A program made the translations under genes and the position numbers. A stretch of DNA of 64,000 nucleotides from Felis catus (lineage: Eukaryota), in assembly GCF_018350175.1 (NCBI RefSeq), contig NC_058368.1, positions 78,556,001-78,620,000 of the forward strand. Reading direction: 5' to 3'. Numbering within the stretch: position 1 is the stretch's first letter; every line of letters begins with the position of its first letter. Under the pieces are notes generated by a model. It saw nothing but the letters and a program-made list of their open reading frames with translations. It was not told the origin of the DNA and made no database searches. Below, in pieces: positions 51,136 through 63,327 of this stretch.

Positions 51136-51961
51136 AAAACTTCGCTCCCAGCAAGCTGGGGAATGTTGTAGCTGCAAGAACCAAGTACCCTCGTATTACC
51201 TGTAGCCTGCTGAGCACGCACGTTCCTTGATGGGGAGTCATGAAATAAACTTTAAACTTTCTCTCCTATGAACCATCAAACGTGTTCTGTGATGACAGTG
51301 TTTCCTCTGCTACTGGATGAAAATTCTGGCAGCCCTGATGGCTTTTCTATTAACTCTTATATCACAGAAAGGCCCATAGCACATTGATTCTCAATAAAGT
51401 TTCAATTCAGGGACTTCAGATGTCCAGTGCCAGGAAATCCACACTATTTTTGAAGCAGACTTCAATTTAAATTTTTCTCTCTTTCTGCAGCTGGGGCCCT
51501 GATAAGTATTACTGAGGGAGAAAGAGAGAGAGAGAGAAAGACAGACGGACAGTAAGAGAGAAAGAGAGGTTCTTTCCTTACCAAGAATTCCTTCCTCTCC
51601 AGGTTGTTCAACATGGTCTGTAATCACAACAGGTGCTAATGTCTACGACCAGAGAGGTTTAGCTCAAGAATTAAAATACTAAAAATGCTCCCTATAACTG
51701 CCATTTGAAAGGTGAAAGCTAGCTACTGAGGAACTTGTTTATATAACAAAATTTCTAACTGCAATTCATTTCACAGAATAGACTCAAGTGGGAATTATTT
51801 TAGAAAGTAAAAGATCCAGATAGCTGCCAGGACTGGACGCCCACTTGAAGTCTTGGAAGACTAGAAATGACCACTTGGAAAAGACATGTTATCAGAGAGG
51901 CACACGGCCCATGATTCTGTATCTCTCTTTGTTGGGTTGGTTCTGCGTGTTTAGAAAGCAT

Positions 51962-52018
51962 CTTTTTTCTTTATTTCTTTTTGTTTTTTAAGTAGAGTCC
52001 TATTGGGAGAAAGGGGCA

Positions 52019-52068
<50 letters not shown>

Positions 52069-52194
52069 CCCAAGCAGGCTCCACGTTATCAGCACAGAGC
52101 CCAACGCGGGGCTTGAACTCATAAACCGTGAGGTCATGACCTGAGCCGAAATCAAGAGTCTGAGACTCAACTGACTGAGCCACCCAGGTGCCCC
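51962..52194 (-). mobile_element. Can-SINE, TSD GAAAGCATCT(T/C)TTTT
   Basis: Reverse-complement SINE with a long (GA)n; direct repeats. Confidence 0.93.
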
Positions 52195-52233
52195 GAAAGC
52201 ATCTCTTTTCTAAGAGAGCTGCAGTGGTCTTAC

Positions 52234-52463
52234 CAGAGCTCATGCACACCCACCCATCTGTGGGTCAGCTTCCTCATCGAGATGTCTGGTTGTAACGAAG
52301 CCTCTGGCATCCTGATGCCCACTCGGTTTTTCATGTACAAGTTCAGAATACGGACAGTCCTGGGCAGATATACATCACTAAGAGCACCATGACCCTTTTT
52401 ATGGGATATTTTCACGTCCTTGCTCCTTTGCTTTCTTTCTTGGTCCCGTATCATGACGTAATC
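52234..52463 (-). CDS. Open 230-nt coding exon (phase 0/2), start of repeat 1: DYVMIRDQERK...VYLPRTVRILNLYMKNRVG...HRWVGVHEL
   Basis: Acceptor ...cataccacacacag|GAT, donor CTG|GTAAGA. Only one frame is open across the exon, and it matches the phase-0 ATG exon at 54755-54750. Confidence 0.55.
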
Positions 52464-53406
52464 CTGTGTGTGGTATGTTGAGTATACCTTTGTAGCTCTC
52501 GTGTGTATTTCATTGCTCTGACATCAGAATGTTCTAAGCATAGGTGCTGAGGAATCATGTCTTTAAAGTCCTACGACATACAGACTGGCTTCTCTTCCAG
52601 GCACCAACCCACTGCCCTTTGGCATTATCCTTCTTGGTACAAAACTTTTAATGGCTTCTAATTTTAGTCAGTGAGCTTGTCCCAAGGCCGTGGTGATTGA
52701 TGGACCCCAAAGATGTAGGCAAAAGATACAGGCTACATCCACACCAATAAGGGTATGCAGTCTTAAGTACAAATAAAAAACTAGGTGGGGTGTGGGCCAC
52801 CTCGGGGATCTCAGTCTTCCTCCCGTGTCCTCTCTAACGGTGGTGGCATATCCACCCGTGATCTCCCCTGGCTCCTCAACTCCAACACTACCTATCCTGG
52901 GCATCACCGCTCTGTACTCCCTGCCTCCTAAATACAAGTTCTTGGGGAAGGATGACCTCCTGAATGTTTCCTAGTCTTTGAAAACCTCAATCCCTCAACT
53001 TCCTGGGTGTTGTAGTTCCTGACACATGGCAGCACAGGGCTTTCTGAGATCCATCCAGTGCCCATCAAGGTTTGCCTCGTGCCTTGGCTTTGACGACTTT
53101 CTTGAATGTCTTTACTCATTCTTGAATGTCTTTTACTCATTTCCTTACTCATTAGCACGTCTCCTCTGATATAATCCTGCTTTTAACCTTCCGGTTCTGT
53201 AATAACTCAGCCCCTGCTGAAACATGCTGAGCTTTCTCCTCTGCCCCAGCCCACAGGTAAGGGCGGGAGAATTTGCCATCAAGCCCCCCTCCAACCTCAC
53301 GATGTAAATGGAGGGGACAGGAGGAGGTGGGTGTGTCAGCCTGACAGGAGACAGATTTACACTAGTTGTTGTATCAATAGAATTTGATATTAAGAATTAA
53401 TAATTA

Positions 53407-53591
53407 GGGGCACCTGGGTGGTTCTTTCAGTTGAGCGTCAGACTCTTGACTTCTGCTCCGGTCCTGATCTCACGGTTCGTGGGTTCGAGCTCTACATCGG
53501 GCTCTGTGCTGACAGAGCAGAGTCTGCTTGGGATTCTCTCTCTCCCCCTCTCTCTGCCCCTCCCCTGCCAATAAATAAATAAACTTAAAAA
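53407..53591 (+). mobile_element. Can-SINE, TSD AAGAATT(A/G)ATAATTA
   Basis: SINE head and tail with direct repeats. Confidence 0.92.
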
Positions 53592-53920
53592 AAGAATTGA
53601 TAATTAGATGTCAAGGATTGAAACGATACAAAGGAAATAGTAAGGTGTAAAACAGAGGTAGTAACTACAGGACGCAACTGGGACCCCCTAGATTTTGGGT
53701 AGGAACTTGGTAAAGCTTACATTTCTACAGATGGGAATGGAAGTCTCCAGGCTAACTGGAGACTAGTCTAGAGGCAGTGTGTGCCCAGGGTGTTACCAAC
53801 ATTGATCAGGATGGAGGAGATCCAGTGAAGGAAAATCAGTTACAGACTTCTTCCTAGAGTAGCCGCTGGTTTTGAACAATTTAGCAACCCAGAAAATACT
53901 ATATAAATGTATTTAACATT

Positions 53921-53937
53921 TAGTTTTTTTAATGTTT

Positions 53938-53985
<48 letters not shown>

Positions 53986-54141
53986 AGGGGCAGAGAGAGA
54001 GGGAGACACAGAATCCAAAGCAGGCTCCAGGCTCCCAGCTGTCAGCACAGAGCCCAACACGGGTCTCGAACCCATGAAACCATGAGATCATGACCTAAGC
54101 CAAAGTCGGACGCTTAACTGACTGAGCCACCCAGGCGCCCC
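53921..54141 (-). mobile_element. Can-SINE
   Basis: Reverse-complement SINE with (GA)n. Confidence 0.93.
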
Positions 54142-54749
54142 TATATAACAACATTTAGACTGCAGAGAGAGTCTAAGAATATTGAGGAAAATAAATGTAC
54201 ATAAATTGTTTCCTAAGGCTTTAACTCACATGTTTCTTTCTAAAATGAAATTTTGAATTCTTTTTTTTTTCTGTATGGCAGAAGATGTGAGTGGTATTTT
54301 AATTAAATTAACTTTATATTGAATGAATATATAATGCCGTATGGATGCAAATAATTAATACAATAAGTGTAAACATTTTAGGGTGTCACGGTTTGAGTAT
54401 TTCAGGTGAGCAAAAAGCAACATAGGAGCTTATTATGATCCACTAAAATCATATAGCAAAATGGTGAAGTGTATGTGTTATCTAATACAAATTTCTAGAA
54501 TCACACCTTAGTAATGTGACTGTTATTAATGATTCTAGCTTGAAACTCTTTTCGATGTCAGCATCCTGAATCTTATACGTGTGATATATACATACAATAT
54601 GCAAGCTAAATTGAACAAAATATTCAGACTCCATTACTGTCAAATTCTTGTTCGAAGATGGCTTCAGTAATTGAGGGCGTTGTCTTTTCCTCCCTCTAAA
54701 CCTCCACCCTTCTTCTGGTCTATTTCGATACACTGCCTGCGTTTCTTAC

Positions 54750-54755
54750 CGCCAT
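54750..54755 (-). CDS. Candidate start exon coding portion ATG GCG (MA)
   Basis: ggcgcATGGCG|GTAAGA: +4 G Kozak position and a strong donor; short GC-rich 5' UTR upstream. Confidence 0.5.
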
Positions 54756-54837
54756 GCGCCCACTGGGGTTTACTGGCCACTGCTTCCCCAAGGGCAGCCC
54801 CAGGCGTTGTTATCAAGTGGGCAAAGTGTGTCAGCAG

Positions 54838-54844
54838 TCTTATA
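54838..54844 (-). promoter_or_regulatory. TATA-like box (TATAAGA) for the minus-strand gene
   Basis: About 85 nt upstream of the ATG, implying a TSS near 54810-54815. Confidence 0.35.
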
Positions 54845-57284
54845 ATCACAGGGGGTTGCTTGGATCCTGCTGGCATTTCCCACGAGTTTATGGAACTAAC
54901 GCATGTTCATTGTCTCCGTTTGAGAGTATAGAGTATTTAGATTCATTCAGTAATGAATTTTCTGCATATCATTAAAGCCCTTTTAGGGCGAGCTGAAGAC
55001 CTGAAATTTTTCCTCATTGGAACACATTTTTCTTGCAAGTCCGTTCTGATTCCCCAGTCTTTTTCATCAGGAGGGGTTGGTTTTCAGGACCTTCTCTTGA
55101 TGGTGATGAACTATTTCAGATTCAAAGAGGTGAGAGGATGGCGAGAAACTACATTGTACTCCGTGCTATAGCACTGCAGAGTATTTATTCCTGACTCTTG
55201 ACCTCACATCTCAGTCTGGCCCTGTTCTGTCTAGGTCCACGTTTATAAATCCGGTCTGTCTCACAGATACCGGAAGCACAAAGGGAAGTACACAACATTT
55301 CTAAACTTGCAGGTCGACAAGGAGGAGGAGGATGTTCTGACCAGGGGAGGGAGGTGACATACCCCTACCCAGCACCCAGCACACCCAGACCCGGCCAGCG
55401 GACCATGGATGATGCCTAGGCAGCACATTTCAATTCACAGTGTCAATACCGGAAAGTAGTGTTGTGGGAACAGACAGCAGAGACAGTTGGCAAGCCAATT
55501 TAGAGATGGCTTCTTCTATGTCACGAGTGGGTTGTCAAGAGTGAGTTTAACCTTGGGGGATAAATAGAGACTGGCCAAATAAAGGATTGTGAGTGTGTGT
55601 CGGGGGGGGGAAATGGGGGTAGGGAGGCTTGGGGGGAACTGAGGACTCCTTTGTACATAAGGAAGACAGGCTTGCGTTAAGCAACATTAGGGTACATGGA
55701 GTCATTGCCTCAACGTTTATGAACGATTTTGACAGGTGACGAGTGACCTCCCAGGATTATGGGGTCATCCACTTCAAATAGGATCCTGTGTAGAAAAGGA
55801 TTAAAAAAAATACAAATTGCAAAAGTTATTATAATACTGAACTTTAACATTGGTATTTTACATTCAAAAGATTTGTAGGTCACATTTATAAGTAAATATG
55901 GGGATATTAATGAAAACCTTCAAAGAACAATAACATTTGAGGATTTGTAAAATTGCATGTTGCGTGTTTTGGCTGTTACATTCTAAACAAAATGGTAGGA
56001 GCACTAATGATTTCTTGTTTTTATATCTGCTTTCTTAAAAACATGTAAGTAGGATTTATCTTTTGTACACATTTAGTTTCTTCATATTTTCAATCAAGGA
56101 AGCTATGTAGGAGGTTATATAAGAACTACTTTTAGGAGCATATTCGTAAATCATCCTGGGGTGGAAAAAGGACCCAGACATCAAGTGGACGGGGTTGATG
56201 GCATTATTCCCTCGGACTTCCTGTATTCAGACGCAAAGGGCTCTAGAAGAGTGTTGATTTAGACTGAAAGATTTTCCTGATCCTTAATTATAGTATTCTT
56301 TTGGGTTACTAAAATGTAAAATGTTAGTATCTTACAGACTTCAACCTCATATTTCAGTATGAACAGCACGAGTAAGCATAGTGGACTTGAAATATTATAC
56401 TGGGATGACTTCCCATAGCATCTGACTCTATTTGTAAAGCACTGGGTTATTACAACCATACAGTCAAACAGTGTTCTAAAAATAGCTCAAAGCCATAACG
56501 CCCGTAAGTAGAGATTAATATCTGGGCCACAAATCAACCTTCTCAGAGAACAACAAATACATCTGAATCTAGCCAAGACTTGAAGGACACACAATTTCCC
56601 CCCCTAAAATAACAATCTAAATAAATACAAATTTAGTGCACGGTATTTAGAAAACAAAAAAACGATCTAAAGAAGGAAATACATATGTTTAAATGGCCTG
56701 CAATCCCATTGCTAAGGAATAACATCCTTTAAGATCCTTTTCTCTGAGCTTATGTATCATATACCCATATTAAGTTTCCATGGTGGGGATCATCCTGTGT
56801 ATGGGATTTTGTGTGTGCTCTCTGCTTGTCAAAGCACTAAGTGCCATCTACTCAAATATTTATGTCTTGAAAGGGACACTACCTGTGTGTTAAAATCACT
56901 GCCCTGTTTGGGAAAGGAAGTTTACCTAATTTTACTTTGATGAATGTGGCTATTTTCCAGAGTGTACTGATCATGGAGATTGGGCAAAGACATGCATCGT
57001 TGCCTGCTAAGAGTTAAGGACTCAGTACAGAAAGTGACGTATGTAAAATGTGACTTGCTCCGCAGCGTCTTTGTAGCAGCAGCCTTAGATACACTCAGTA
57101 GAAAGTTGTAAGAACAGAGCAGAGCAAGACAGAAATCAGGGAGAAAACCATACTGAAGAATAAAGAATAATGGTAGACCGCCACCCTTCTAAAACAACAA
57201 TACACCCAAGATAGCTAGAAAGGACTTTGTAGTAAGAGCAAGGCTGGAGAAGACACTGAGTGAGGAAGGTAAATTTAGAGTACT

Positions 57285-57650
57285 CGTGAATTATATTTGC
57301 AAATTTCTCTACTTCACCTCTTTCAGAGGCGAGGTAGGATTGCACTTTCTAGGCCTGTCGTGGTTGAGTGGCCTCATGTGACGAATTCGGCCACAGGAGG
57401 TGTGAGGAGGTGTTCTGTGTCTTTTCCAGGCATGCCAGTCACTGGTTGGTGTGAGACCTTGGAAACCTTCCTCCCGCAGGGTGACTGGCAATGTGCAAGC
57501 TTAAGCTGAATAGAGCCCCCCCCCCCCACTTCCTTGCCCACATCTGATGAGCATGTAGCACGAAAGACAAAGAAACTTTGGCTGTTTTCAGCTGCTGCGA
57601 TTTGGGGTTGATTTCACCACAGCATAATTTAACTCGTTCTTACTCATAAA
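57285..57650 (+). mobile_element. Old MLT1-type MaLR LTR
   Basis: ggcctcatgtgacgaattcggcca...agaaactttggctgttttcagctgctgcgatttggggttg..accacagcataatttaac. Confidence 0.7.
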
Positions 57651-58131
57651 ATGGTTTGGCATCTATGGATTTTGTGTCCAGCATTTTGGAATCGGTATTG
57701 ACTTACATATTCGCTCTTTCGTATTTTATCACGGAAAAGACATTAGAAAGATGTTTCACAGGCTAAGGCAGTGGCAGGGGAAGGGAAACCAAGAACAAAA
57801 TGCAGTTACCACACATCTCAGGCTTTGGGGATGGTCCCTAAGTGCACCTGTCATGCTTGTATAATTATTAACAGTAACTTCTCTCCCTTTGGATGGTGAA
57901 TTATGTGGTAGCTCTACAAAAGAACAACATGTTGACCTCTTTATTCTTATCCTTTCCTATTGAACAGGTTGTGTGATTTGTTTATTGTTATTAACCTGAT
58001 CAATATGTTTGGTACACTTCCATATTAGTATTTTACTTCTCGTGTTTTATTATACTGTATCTCTCGATGGACCTGGTATTTTCATTAATGTACCGTGCCT
58101 TTTGCTCTGCTTTATAATACACTAGTATTTC

Positions 58132-58366
58132 TTTTTTTTTTTTTTTAATTTTTTTAACGTTTATTTATTTTTGAGACAGAGAGAGACAGAGCATGAACGG
58201 GGGAGGGTCAGAGAGAGAGAGAGAGAGGGAGACACAGAATCTGAAACGGGCTCCAGGCTCTGAGCTGTCAGCACAGAGCCCAACGCGGGGCTCGAACTCA
58301 CAGACCGTGAGATCATGACCTGAGCTGAAGTCGGAGGCTTAACCGACTGAGCCACCCAGGCGCCCC
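58132..58366 (-). mobile_element. Can-SINE, TSD TACACTAGTATTTC
   Basis: Direct repeats at 58118-58131 and 58367-58380. Confidence 0.95.
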
Positions 58367-59186
58367 TACACTAGTATTTCTGTAGCTCCTGACTTCTCAC
58401 CATCTTGTAACAAACACAACGAAGTTTATTATTTCATAAAATTGTTGTGATTATTTAGCCAGTTATCACTGTAACAGCAAAGCAAATGCCAATATAGAAT
58501 TATTGTCAACCCAGAAGGAAAGTGCCACCCAATATTACTCATTTAAGTTTTTTCAGAGTATTTTCTAAGAACTCCAGGCTGACTGTATGTATTGAACACC
58601 TTGTTCTTTTTTTTTTCTTTTTTCATTTTTACCCAGAAATTACATCTCTCTATTTTAAAAATTTAGAAACCATTCCAAGTGTTTTCTGAAATCACGACTC
58701 TGGAAAAACTGGGGACAATTTGGCAAGAATAGTCCAAATGTAGTCCTATATTGTAGTCCTTTGGAGCAAAATTAGAGAAGACCGTGAGAAAGACTTGAAA
58801 ACAGCGTTGAAATCACGAACTTGAGCAGATTAACTTCCCAAGTTCAAGTTTCTTGGATTTAATTCTTTCACATGCACTTTCTTCCTGACCTTTATTTCCA
58901 AATGTCTGTGATGGATATATGTAAGAGTAGCCATCTCATGACCCATATTATGCTCACCTTGAAGAAATAATTGAACATCTATCGTCATATTGATGAGAAA
59001 CCTTTGGGTTCTTGAAGAGCATTTTCAAAAAACCTCTGTTTTCTAAACAGCATGTTTTTAGCATAGGCTAAATTACTGGTGTATTTTTCTCCCAATTCAT
59101 GCTCAGAAAAAAAAAAAAAACTACAAACACTGCATTTACAAACAGTCCACAGTTTCACAAGGAAACTGTACAATCTGAGTCTTGCA

Positions 59187-59356
59187 CAGAGGTTCTGAAC
59201 TCGTATAGCGCACTCGAACTACCTGAAATTTTAAAGAAGAGTGATGCCTGGCTTCATCCCTGTGAGGTCTGATTTAATGGGTTGGGACCCAGCATTGCTG
59301 GGATTTTGAAGGTTCCACAGGAATCCTAATGGGTCATCAGTGTGGAGAAACACAGT
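59187..59356. mobile_element. MER5-like DNA transposon
   Basis: cagaggttctgaac...gatgcctggcttcatccc..gaggtctgatttaatgggttggg...gagaaacacag. Confidence 0.65.
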
Positions 59357-59387
59357 TTTAGTGGATCCTAAACTCTGGGGCTCCCAC

Positions 59388-59876
59388 ATTTTGGGTCGAA
59401 TTGTGTATCCAAGAAGACACGTTGTGAAGTTATAATGCCTGGTCCCTGTGAATGTGGCCTTGTTTGGAAACAGAGTTTTGCAGTCATGATTGGTTAAAAT
59501 GAGGTCATGCTGGAGCAGGGTGGCCCTAATCTAATGATTGGTGTCCTTATAAGAAGAGGGAAGTTTGGACAGGAGACACACAGAGAGGGAAGCACCATGT
59601 GATGACATAGAGACAGAGGAGACACAAAAGAGAGAAGGCTGTGTGGGCATGGAGGTGAAGGTGAGGTGGGCATCTACCACCCAGGGACCACCAAGGCCTC
59701 TCGACCACACAGAACGCGGAAGAGGTGAGGGAGGATTGTTCTCTGGAACTTTTGGAGACAGCATAACCCTGCCGGAACCTTGATTTTGTTGGCTTTCTAA
59801 GCCTCCAGCACTGGGAGAATGTCTTTCTGTGGTTGTGGGCCACCCAGCCATGCTCTTTGGATACAGGAACCCTACG
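59388..59876 (+). mobile_element. MLT1-type MaLR LTR
   Basis: gaattgtgtatcc...ctgtgaatgtggccttgtttggaaacagag...ggtggccctaatctaatgattggtgtccttataagaagagg...agcctccagcactgggagaat. Confidence 0.88.
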
Positions 59877-59997
59877 ATGTTGATAGGATGCCTTCAGGTA
59901 ATTTATTGAGTTCATTAAGAATAAAGAGGTTCAGGCCCTGCTGTCTAAGTCTCTGTATGTGGATCATGGGTTGCCGAATGTTTACTGAGTTCTCTGA

Positions 59998-60137
59998 GTC
60001 CAGTTCTCTGGTCCATGGGCCAGCCTTGTTAATATCCCCTGGAACTTGGTGGAAAAGCAGTCACAGGTCCTGAATCCAGTGTGCATATGAACAAGAGCCC
60101 ATGTGATACATGTGACATTGCAGTTTGAGAAGCCTTG
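59998..60137. mobile_element. MER5A-like fragment
   Basis: cccctggaacttggtggaaaagcag...aacaagagccca.gtgatac...cagtttgagaagcc. Confidence 0.55.
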
Positions 60138-60344
60138 TCTCAAGGGCATAATGAGGTACCCCAAAGCATGAGCTTGGTTGCCACAGCCAAGAAATCATTT
60201 TTGAGATGAGTTAGAGCTTCAGTCATTCATGCAATTTGGTTAGTTGCAAAGAACAGAAGTTTTTTGCTAAACACGGAGGAAGGACATCAGGTATTTGAAA
60301 ACATAGCTGAAAATTGGGCTCAGCAGAAAATAGGAATTCACTTG

Positions 60345-60541
60345 TTTTTATTTTTTATTTTATTTTTTAACGTGTATTTGTTTATTTTGAGAGAGAGGGA
60401 AGGGGCAGAGAGAGGGAGAGAGAGGATCCCAAGCAGGCCCCACATTGCCTGACACGGGGTTCGATCTCATGACTGTGAGATCACGACCTGAGCCAATATC
60501 AAGAGTCAGATGCTCAACTGACTGAGCCTCCCGGGCTGCCC
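60345..60541 (-). mobile_element. Can-SINE, TSD TCACTTGTTTTTA
   Basis: Reverse-complement SINE with direct repeats. Confidence 0.92.
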
Positions 60542-61207
60542 TCACTTGTTTTTAGAAGAAAAAAATTGGCTCTCAGGTTCATAAATGGTTAATGTCTGCA
60601 TCCTTTCAGTTTGCGTGCTGAGCTACATTTTTTTTCTTTTTCATTTTTAGCTTACAGTTAGTGGCCTTTCATAATGATCGGAAGGGAACATTACAACAAA
60701 AGCCAGTTTCATGACTTATTTTTCCTGACAATACTGGATGATGTGCTTTAGAAGAAAAAGCATTTGGATTTGGGTTTTACTGTTGTTGAGCCTTCGTTTG
60801 TATGTTAACTGCTTTCTCTTTCTTCTTCCTTGTCCTCTCCACTGTGTAATGACCTACTTTGAAGTTTCAAATAAAAAGAAGTTAAATAGGCTTTTATTTG
60901 GCTCTTGATTCTGTCTTTTTCTAGCAAATTTGGAAAAGGTCCTGACTTTGAGTATAACATGGCTGAGTGTAGAGAGAAAAGAAAGAGCTTATCCTGTCTT
61001 CCCTCTTTTTACTGCTACACTCCCAGGACTTTTCCTGCTCTGAGGGAGAGCAGGAGACTTGCCAATATTTGCAGTCCATGAATAGCAACAATTTGAGTTA
61101 AAAATAAAATCAAAAGTAAGGTGAAAAAGATTTTACCCACTTTTTGAGATATAACAACTCTGTAAGGGAGCACATTGTGTGTGTGTGCGGTGCGGTATGT
61201 TAGCTAC

Positions 61208-61958
61208 TGTAGGGATGGACAAGAATTTTTCCTCCTCCCTTTTGGGTTCTTAGGTGGGACTTCTGTGACACAAGGCAGATTAACAAGAGAAAAGCAAAGG
61301 GAAGTTTTGGAACATGTATATCGCGTGCATGCGTGGTAGATAGGCAGGAAAAAATGAGTAAGTCTAAGAGGTGACCAAGAATTCGGGACTGAATGCCATC
61401 TTAATAGGGGAAGTGGAGGGGGATACAGAGGGAGAGGAAATGATTTTTAGGAAGGATTTAGGGGCTTTAGAAGAACAGGTGGTAACGGGGCGCCTGGGTG
61501 GCGCAGTCGGTTAAGCGTCCGACTTCAGCCAGGTCACGATCTCGCGGTCCGTGAGTTCGAGCCCCGCGTCAGGCTCTGGGCTGATGGCTCAGAGCCTGGA
61601 GCCTGTTTCCGATTCTGTGTCTCCCTCTCTGTCTGCCCCTCCCCCGTTCATGCTCTGCCTCTCTCTGTCCCCAAAATAAATAAATGTTGAAAAAAAAATT
61701 TAAGAACAGGTGGTAGGTATGAAAGTTTGTGACAAAGTTTGTCTGGGTGGGGGGTCAACTTCTTGTCCCCTCGCTTGTGACAAGAGTCAGTCTTCCCAGG
61801 TTGATGAAACTCTTGGGGCGGGGATTTATGACAACTGAGTTCTTTTGTCTTTGGGCAGGGACAGGCCCTCAGAGAAGGGCTGTCTCTGCAGGTGTCTACA
61901 GCTTGAAACAGCATAGCAAAGTGGCATATTTTGGGGGGGCACATTCTGCTACCCTTCA
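61208..61958 (-). mobile_element. ERV1-type solo LTR interrupted by a young SINE
   Basis: TG...CA termini with a short inverted repeat (tgtaggg / cccttca); internal ggcagattaacaagagaaaa motif typical of MER4-group LTRs. Confidence 0.75.
61487..61701 (+). mobile_element. Young feline Can-SINE, TSD AAGAACAGGTGGTA
   Basis: Near-identical to the copy at 34477; direct repeats on both sides. Confidence 0.96.
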
Positions 61959-62075
61959 TTATGTAGGATTCATTCTATCTTAAATGCTTTGGTACCAGCG
62001 TGGGGTCATTCTTAATAGGATTTGATAGCTGAAGGTTGTCTTTGTTTTTTGTTTTTAATTAAAAAAACAAAGTGA

Positions 62076-62281
62076 GGGGCGCCTGGGTGGCTCGGTTGGT
62101 TAAGTGTCCGACTTCAGCTTAGGTCATGATCTTGCGGTCCGTGAGTTCAAGCCCCCCGTTCTGTGCTGGTAGCTCAGAGCCTGGAGCCTGCTTCAGATTC
62201 TGTGACTCCCTCTCTCTCTGCTCCTCCCCCGCTCACACTCTGTCTCTCAAAAAATAAATAAATGTTACAAATTTTTTTAAA
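62076..62281 (+). mobile_element. Can-SINE
   Basis: SINE head, (CT)n and tail. Confidence 0.93.
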
Positions 62282-62431
62282 TATGAGCTGCTGTTGAAAT
62301 GGAAGACTTTTAATAATTTTTAATTTACTTGAATTTGTAAGCCATTGTTTCCTTTCCAAAGAAAATAGTAACTATAGTTCCCTCTAAATAAAAAATCCCT
62401 TTGTCTATGGAGTTATATGTAAACTGAACTC

Positions 62432-62456
62432 TTTTTTTTTAAGTTTATTTATTTAT

Positions 62457-62502
<46 letters not shown>

Positions 62503-62677
62503 CGAGCATGACTGGGGGAGGAACAGAGAGAGAGAGTGAGAGAGAGAGAATCCCAAGCAGGCCCTGTGCTCTCAGCACAGAGCCTGACGTGGGGCTTGAA
62601 CCCACAAACCATGAGATCATGACCTGAGCCAAAATCAAGAGTCGGACGCTTAACCGACTGAGCAACCCAGGCACCCC
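62432..62677 (-). mobile_element. Can-SINE, TSD TAAACTGAACTCTTTTT
   Basis: Reverse-complement SINE with direct repeats. Confidence 0.94.
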
Positions 62678-63327
62678 TAAACTGAACTCTTTTGATGAAC
62701 TCCGTTGTTAGTTCTGGTGAACTTGGATGGAATGCAATGTTGCCTACCTTATAGCATAAGGAGATTCACACACTATCATTTCAATGTTACCTAAGAGGGT
62801 AATATTTTTGTCTCTTGAAATCTGTGAATAAATGAAGAGAGATTAAGTGGGGCTGAATGAAATGCTTACGAAATGGGCTGACAGCTTTTAGCGATGGGGG
62901 AAAATGCATTAGCCATTGCTTAGTATCAACACAACATATAAGGAGATTCACATAAACTAGAATACTCAAGGAACTGTTCCAGAGTAGCTTACCAGGAAAA
63001 CAGAAGATTCAGTGCTAGTCTGAGTTAAGCTGTGTGGAAAGTGCAGAAGGAGCCCTGGGGTTGGGTGAATCCAACAGACAGGAGAATCCCAGTCACGGAT
63101 TTGGGGAGTAAATTGCCTGGGAACAGAGCTATAGGGACAGGCGTGAGCTGCTAACAAGCAGGTGTAGCTTCCTTGATCTGGACGCATCTGAGATACTGTT
63201 AAGGACAGAATGGTACTGTCTGCTTTTGAATCTGCAGCTTGACACATAAATAGCTCCCCTGTATTTTAACGGTGAGGAATACAGACTATGGTTTGCATCC
63301 TATATTTTGACCTATGGCGTGGGACAG

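Larger units (their letters stand above)
21295..54815 (-). pseudogene. Putative multi-exon minus-strand gene or unitary pseudogene encoding three tandem integrase-zinc-binding (H2C2/NOL4-like) repeats
   Basis: Candidate exons with GT-AG ends: 54815-54750, 52463-52234, 45978-45679, 43412-43350, 41824-41466, 40769(or 40712)-40655, 40285-40181, 38496-38227, 35168-35133, 34177-33869, 22031-~21295. Several junctions are phase-compatible, translations show internal repeat similarity, and middle exons have in-frame stops. Confidence 0.5.

Noticed and set aside
51391..51617. Minus-strand exon candidates 51617-51582 and 51511 onward
   Set aside because: Joining 51617 to the 52234 donor creates an immediate TGA. 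The 51511 acceptor relies on a (CT)n tract, ends in a stop and shows no domain similarity. The region may be an old LTR.
2859..62677. tRNA genes suggested by A-box/B-box-like motifs (TGGCTCAGTCGG, GTTCGAGCCC)
   Set aside because: All belong to tRNA-derived Can-SINE heads followed by (CT)n and A-tails.
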